Assembly: GCA_038231135.1 (NCBI GenBank)
Contig: JBBRLX010000007.1
Coordinates: forward strand, 74,812-138,811
Source of the DNA: Candidatus Eiseniibacteriota bacterium
Lineage (GTDB): Bacteria; Eisenbacteria; RBG-16-71-46
DNA length: 64,000 nucleotides
Direction: 5' to 3'
Of this stretch, positions 59,846-64,000 are shown piece by piece (the first letter of the stretch is position 1; every line of letters starts with the position of its first letter). The notes below the pieces were generated by a model. The model did not search any database, was not told where the DNA came from, and saw nothing but the letters and a program-made list of their open reading frames with translations. The position numbers and the translations under genes were made by a program.

Positions 59846-62046
59846 CTGCGCGTCCCGTTGCTGTCGGCGCCGCCGTTCGTCATGCGCTGGCGCCGCTCGA
59901 CGCGCGCCACGCCCGGCAGCTTCCGGACCGCCGCCATCACCTCGTTGAGCTTGGCGAGATGCGGCACCTCCACCACGAACACGCCGCGCGCGGTGCGATC
60001 CTCGCTCGCCATGCCGGCGGAGCGGATGTTCACCGCGGTCGTGGCAATCGCCTTCGCGATGTCGGCGAGCAGCGCCGGCCGGTCCTGGCCGTAGATCACG
60101 AGCCGCACCGGGAACGTCTCGCCGATGCCGGCGTCCCACTCCACCGCCACCTTGCGCTCCGGCGCCACACGGTTGCCGAACGTGTTCGGGCAGTCGACGC
60201 GATGCACCGACACGCCGCGGCCGATCGTCACCACGCCGAGCACCGGATCCCCGGGCACCGGCTGGCAGCAGCGCGCGAAGCTGAGCATCACGTTGTCGAT
60301 GCCCTGGATGCGGACGCCGCCGGTGGGACGCTTCGTCAGCCCGAGCGCCTCGAGCGGGCCCTTCGCGAGCCGTTCGGCGAACCCCTCCTTCTCGGGCACC
60401 AGCTTGCGCACGAGCTGCGTCAGCGACAGCTGGCCCTCGCCGAGCCGCGCATACATCTGGTCAAGGTCCTCGCAGCCCATGCCGCGCGCCAGCTCCTCGA
60501 GCTCCGCATCCGGGGCGTCCCTGCGCATGCGCTTGAGCTCGCGCTCCAGCATCTCCTTGCCGAGCGACACGCTGTCGGTGCGCCGGCGCAGCCTGAGCCA
60601 GTGCCGCACCTTGGTGCGAGCGCCCGCGGTGCGCACGATCTGCAGCCAGTCCTCGTGCGGCTGGCCGTGCGCGGACGTGATGATCTCGACGGTGTCGCCG
60701 TTGCGCAGCTCGTAGCGCAGCGGCACCAGCTCGCTGTTCACGCGCACGCCGACCGTGCGCTGCCCCACCTCGGTGTGCACGGCGAACGCGAAGTCCAGCG
60801 CCGTCGCGCCCTTCGGCAGCCGCTTGAGCTCGCGTCGCGGGGTGTAGACGAACACCTCCTCCTGGTAGAGCGCGGTGCGGAGGAAGTCCATGTATTCGTC
60901 GTCGGTCGCGGTGCGCTGCCAGTCGGCGGTCTGCGCCACGAACCCGCCGAGCTTGGCGTCCAGCTCCTCGTCGACGTGGCCGCCCTGCTTGTAGACGTAG
61001 TGCGCCGCCACGCCGGTCTCGGCGGTGCGGTGCATGTCGCGGGTGCGGATCTGCACCTCCACCATCTCGCCTTCCGACAGCACGGTGGTGTGCAGCGACT
61101 GGTACAGGTTGCTCTTCGGCGTCGCGATGTAGTCCTTGAACCGGTCCGCGACCGGCGTGAACCGGTCGTGCGCCACGCCGAGCGCCCGGTAGCAGTCGTT
61201 GCGCGTGTGGGTGATGATGCGCAGCCCGAACAGGTCGTAGATCGAATCGAATTCCCGGCCCGCCTTGAGCTTGTGGTAGATCGAATAGAAGTGCTTGGGC
61301 CGGCCGGTGACCTCGGCCTTGATGCCGGCCGCGCGCAACCCCTCCTCGAGCTTGTCCTTCACGCCGTCGAGGAACGCGTCGCGCTCGGTGCGGCCGGCCT
61401 GGATGCGCTGCCGCAGGTCGGCATACGCCTCGGGGTCCAGCGCCTTGAGACTCAGGTCCTCGAGCTCGCGCTTGATGCCGGCCATGCCGAGCCGGTGCGC
61501 GAGCGGCGCGTAGATGTCGCGGGTCTCGAGCGCAATGCGCTGGCGCTTGTCCTCGCGCAGGAACTCCAGCGTGCGCATGTTGTGCACGCGGTCTGCGAGC
61601 TTGATGAAGATCACCCGCAGGTCGCGCGACATCGACAGCAGCATCTTGCGGAAGTTCTCGGCCTGGACGCTCTCGCGGCGGTCGAAGTGCAGCGACGACA
61701 GCTTGGTCACGCCCTCGACGAGCCCCGCCACCTCGCGGCCGAAGCGCTTCTCGACGTCCTCGGCGGTGATGTCGGTGTCCTCGACCACGTCGTGCAACAG
61801 CGCCGCGCACACCAGCGGCGTGTCGAGCCGGGTCTCGAGCAGGTCGATCAGGATCAGCGCCACCGCGACGACGTGGGTCACGAACGGCTCGCCGGATTCG
61901 CGGCGCTGGTCGCCATGGGCGCGCGCGACGAACTCGTAACACGCCCCGACGCGGTCGCGATCGGTCTTGGGAGCCCGCTCGTCGAGAGCCGCAATCAGGG
62001 CTGCACGCAGTTCCGGATGCGGCCCTGCCTGCGGCATCTCGGTCAC
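59842..62046 (-). CDS. relA: Bifunctional (p)ppGpp synthetase/hydrolase (long RSH)
   Basis: R.SGEPF..H, LLHDVVEDT, KLADRVHNMRTL, RFKDYIATPK.NLYQSLHT, EVQIRT, TGS, CCQPVPGD, ACT. Confidence 0.96.
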   Translation of the reverse strand: MTEMPQAGPHPELRAALIAALDERAPKTDRDRVGACYEFVARAHGDQRRESGEPFVTHVVAVALILIDLLETRLDTPLVCAALLHDVVEDTDITAEDVEKRFGREVAGLVEGVTKLSSLHFDRRESVQAENFRKMLLSMSRDLRVIFIKLADRVHNMRTLEFLREDKRQRIALETRDIYAPLAHRLGMAGIKRELEDLSLKALDPEAYADLRQRIQAGRTERDAFLDGVKDKLEEGLRAAGIKAEVTGRPKHFYSIYHKLKAGREFDSIYDLFGLRIITHTRNDCYRALGVAHDRFTPVADRFKDYIATPKSNLYQSLHTTVLSEGEMVEVQIRTRDMHRTAETGVAAHYVYKQGGHVDEELDAKLGGFVAQTADWQRTATDDEYMDFLRTALYQEEVFVYTPRRELKRLPKGATALDFAFAVHTEVGQRTVGVRVNSELVPLRYELRNGDTVEIITSAHGQPHEDWLQIVRTAGARTKVRHWLRLRRRTDSVSLGKEMLERELKRMRRDAPDAELEELARGMGCEDLDQMYARLGEGQLSLTQLVRKLVPEKEGFAERLAKGPLEALGLTKRPTGGVRIQGIDNVMLSFARCCQPVPGDPVLGVVTIGRGVSVHRVDCPNTFGNRVAPERKVAVEWDAGIGETFPVRLVIYGQDRPALLADIAKAIATTAVNIRSAGMASEDRTARGVFVVEVPHLAKLNEVMAAVRKLPGVARVERRQRMTNGGADSNGTRR

Positions 62047-63755
62047 GGGATCCTCACCCCCTTGAGCTTGAGCTGGACGCGCGAGGCTCCCATCCAGTCG
62101 TTGCGGGTGGGTACGAATGCCACGTCGCAGCGGCCGGCGCGCGCCACCTCGGCGGTGCGGGCGCCGAAGCCGAACCCGATCGCCTCCGCGCTGCCGGTCG
62201 CGTCGGTCACCGTCATCCGCAGGTGCTTGCCGCCGCCGACCGACGCCATCGCGGTCGCCCGTACGTCCCGCGCGATGAACACCGGCTCGGTGTTGCCGAG
62301 CCCGTGCGGCGACATGCGGTCGAGCCAGTCCGCGAGCCCGAGGTCGCATTCCGACAGTGTCACGTCGCCGTCGAGCGTGAGGTGCTGGACGCAGTCCTCG
62401 GGCGACAACCGCGCACGCACCAGCGACTCGAACCGAGCGCGCAGCTGCGGCAGCCGGTCGCGCCGCACCGACAGGCCGGCGGCGAACGCATGGCCACCGA
62501 ACGACTCGAGCAGGTCACCGCACTGCCCGAGCACGCTGTTGAGATCGAGCCCCGGCAGGCTGCGGCCCGAGCCGCGGCCGCGGTCGCCGTTCAGCGCGAT
62601 CAGGATCGTGGGGCGCTGGTAGCGCTCGACCAGCCGCGACGCCACGATGCCGATCACGCCCGGATGCCAGCGGTCCGACCACAGCAGCAGCGACGAACAC
62701 GCCGGCCAGTCGAGCTCCGCCTCCACCGCCGCCATCGCCTCGGTCAGCGCCACCTCGTCGTACCGGCGCCGGGTCTCGTTGTCCTCTTCGAGGCTCTCCG
62801 CCACCGCGCGCGCCTCGGTCGCCTCGCGCGACAGCAGCAGCCGCATGCCCTGTTCGGCGTTGCCCATGCGGCCACCGGCGTTGATGCGCGGCGCCAGCAC
62901 GAACGCCACCTGGGCACTATTTATAGTGCGGCCCGTAAGCCCGCACACCTCGATCAGCGCCTTGAGCCCCATGCGTTGGTCGCGATTCAGCCGGTTGAGC
63001 CCGAGCCGGGCGAGCACGCGGTTCTCGCCCACCAGCGGCACGACGTCGGCGATCGTGCCGATCGCCACCACGTCGAGGTATTCGCCCGCGCGCTCGAGGC
63101 CGCCGCGGCCCCGCAGCAGCGCCTCGACGAGCTTGAACGTCACGCCGACGCCGGCGAGCGACTTGAACGGGTAGCCGCAACCCTGGCGATGGGGATTCAC
63201 GATCGCCGCCGCGTCCGGCAGCACGTCGGGCGGCTCGTGATGATCCGTCACCACGACGTCGATGCCGAGCGCGCGGGCGCGCGCCACCGGCTCGACCGCG
63301 GTGATGCCGCAGTCCACCGTCACCACCAGCGTGCAGCCGCGGTTCCGGGCGTCGTCGATCGCGTCGTTCGACAGGCCGTAGCCGTCACGCGTGCGATGGG
63401 GGATGCGGAACTCCACGGCGCCGCCCAGATCGGCGAGCACCGAGTACAGCAGGTAGGTCGAGGTGATGCCGTCGACGTCGTAGTCGCCGTGCACCAGGAT
63501 GCGCTCGTGGTTCGCGAGCGCGGCCCGGATGCGCTCCACCGCGCGATCGAGATCGAGCAGTTCCGACGGATCGTGCAGGTCTTCGAGCGCCGGATCGAAG
63601 TACCGGCGCGCCGTGGCGGCGGAGTCGACGCCACGATGGAGCAGCGCGTGCGCGGCGGCGACGGGCGCGCCCAGTTCGCGGGCGAGTCCCCGCGCGCGTT
63701 CGGGATCGTGGCGGGAGTGCAGCACCCATTGCGGCAGCACGGACGGCGCGATCAC
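62043..63755 (-). CDS. recJ: Single-stranded DNA exonuclease
   Basis: GDYDVDG, TVDCG, TDHH, GTIADVVPL, APRINAGGR, GSGRS, GGHAFAAG; start uncertain (ORF extends to 63815). Confidence 0.96.
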   Translation of the reverse strand: MIAPSVLPQWVLHSRHDPERARGLARELGAPVAAAHALLHRGVDSAATARRYFDPALEDLHDPSELLDLDRAVERIRAALANHERILVHGDYDVDGITSTYLLYSVLADLGGAVEFRIPHRTRDGYGLSNDAIDDARNRGCTLVVTVDCGITAVEPVARARALGIDVVVTDHHEPPDVLPDAAAIVNPHRQGCGYPFKSLAGVGVTFKLVEALLRGRGGLERAGEYLDVVAIGTIADVVPLVGENRVLARLGLNRLNRDQRMGLKALIEVCGLTGRTINSAQVAFVLAPRINAGGRMGNAEQGMRLLLSREATEARAVAESLEEDNETRRRYDEVALTEAMAAVEAELDWPACSSLLLWSDRWHPGVIGIVASRLVERYQRPTILIALNGDRGRGSGRSLPGLDLNSVLGQCGDLLESFGGHAFAAGLSVRRDRLPQLRARFESLVRARLSPEDCVQHLTLDGDVTLSECDLGLADWLDRMSPHGLGNTEPVFIARDVRATAMASVGGGKHLRMTVTDATGSAEAIGFGFGARTAEVARAGRCDVAFVPTRNDWMGASRVQLKLKGVRIP

Positions 63756-63815
63756 GAAGGCCTTTCGACGGAGTGAGAGCCGCGCGCGGCGTTCAGCGGG
63801 GACGGCTGAATACAA

Positions 63816-63844
63816 ACGCTAGCAGCCGGATCGTGGGATGACAA
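63816..63844 (-). promoter_or_regulatory. Sigma70-type promoter of the recJ-rel operon
   Basis: TTGTCA-17 nt-TAGCGT with extended TG. Confidence 0.6.
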
Positions 63845-63859
63845 CCGCCGCGCTGCGCC

Positions 63860-64000
63860 TGTGCCCCCGCAGTGATTCTGTCACCCCCTAACTCCGCAGT
63901 GAGAGTGTCACCCCCATGGACGACACACTCATGGGACTACGGGATGCCCGGCGGCTGGGTCTGGTCGAAGCCGCACGACGAGGAGACACGACGAACCGCA
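63860..64000 (+). mobile_element. Probable left end of an IS1202-group (ISNCY) insertion sequence
   Basis: Starts TGT; two 22-bp sub-terminal direct repeats ccgcagtgaNNNtgtcaccccc at 63867 and 63894; ORF begins immediately after. Confidence 0.6.
63916..64000 (+). CDS. Probable transposase N-terminus (partial)
   Basis: MDDTLMGLRDARRLGLVEAARRGDTTNR..., resembles the helix preceding the HTH of IS1202/IS481-like transposases; only 28 codons visible. Confidence 0.55.
   Translation, partial: MDDTLMGLRDARRLGLVEAARRGDTTNR

Overview
Very GC-rich (roughly 70%+ by eye) chromosomal segment of a diderm bacterium; a Candidatus Eisenbacteria/FCB-like lineage is a guess from gene content only. Almost every gene is on the minus strand. 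Read in transcription order (right to left): recJ-relA/spoT-dtd-maf-fused membrane/spermidine synthase; rplM-rpsI-rpsB-tsf-pyrH-frr-cdsA-dxr; a five-gene LPS-core-type cluster; rseP-TamA/BamA-like-tamB-peptidase/PD40/Omp85; pcrA-gatCAB-purD-purE-tsaC-ywlE-like-ilvE-rpiB-glyA; a moxR/DUF58/Bat operon; PAP2, EIIA-like and zinc-ribbon genes; CCA-type nucleotidyltransferase, polyprenyl synthase, rsfS, argS, PfkB kinase; then a signalling module, purM, a sensor-less sigma54 activator and a Gfo/Idh/MocA gene cut by the window edge. The best candidate for an undescribed system is at 2340-4814: its own promoter, a two-domain hypothetical protein, a 16-codon ORF missed by the ORF track (MDFILELINIFGKGGW, perfect AGGAGGT ribosome-binding site) and a multi-pass membrane HD-GYP phosphodiesterase, i.e. 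a possible peptide-controlled cyclic-dinucleotide switch. Also seen: two kinds of MITE/REP-like elements, the left end of a probable IS1202/ISNCY element at the right edge, and several proteins with substituted catalytic residues (ArgRS NVVS for HIGH, EIIA His>Asn, CCA-type DxD>TxD, degenerate HldE-like domain). No rRNA, tRNA or CRISPR array was seen. All family assignments are from motif recognition by eye; no database search was run.
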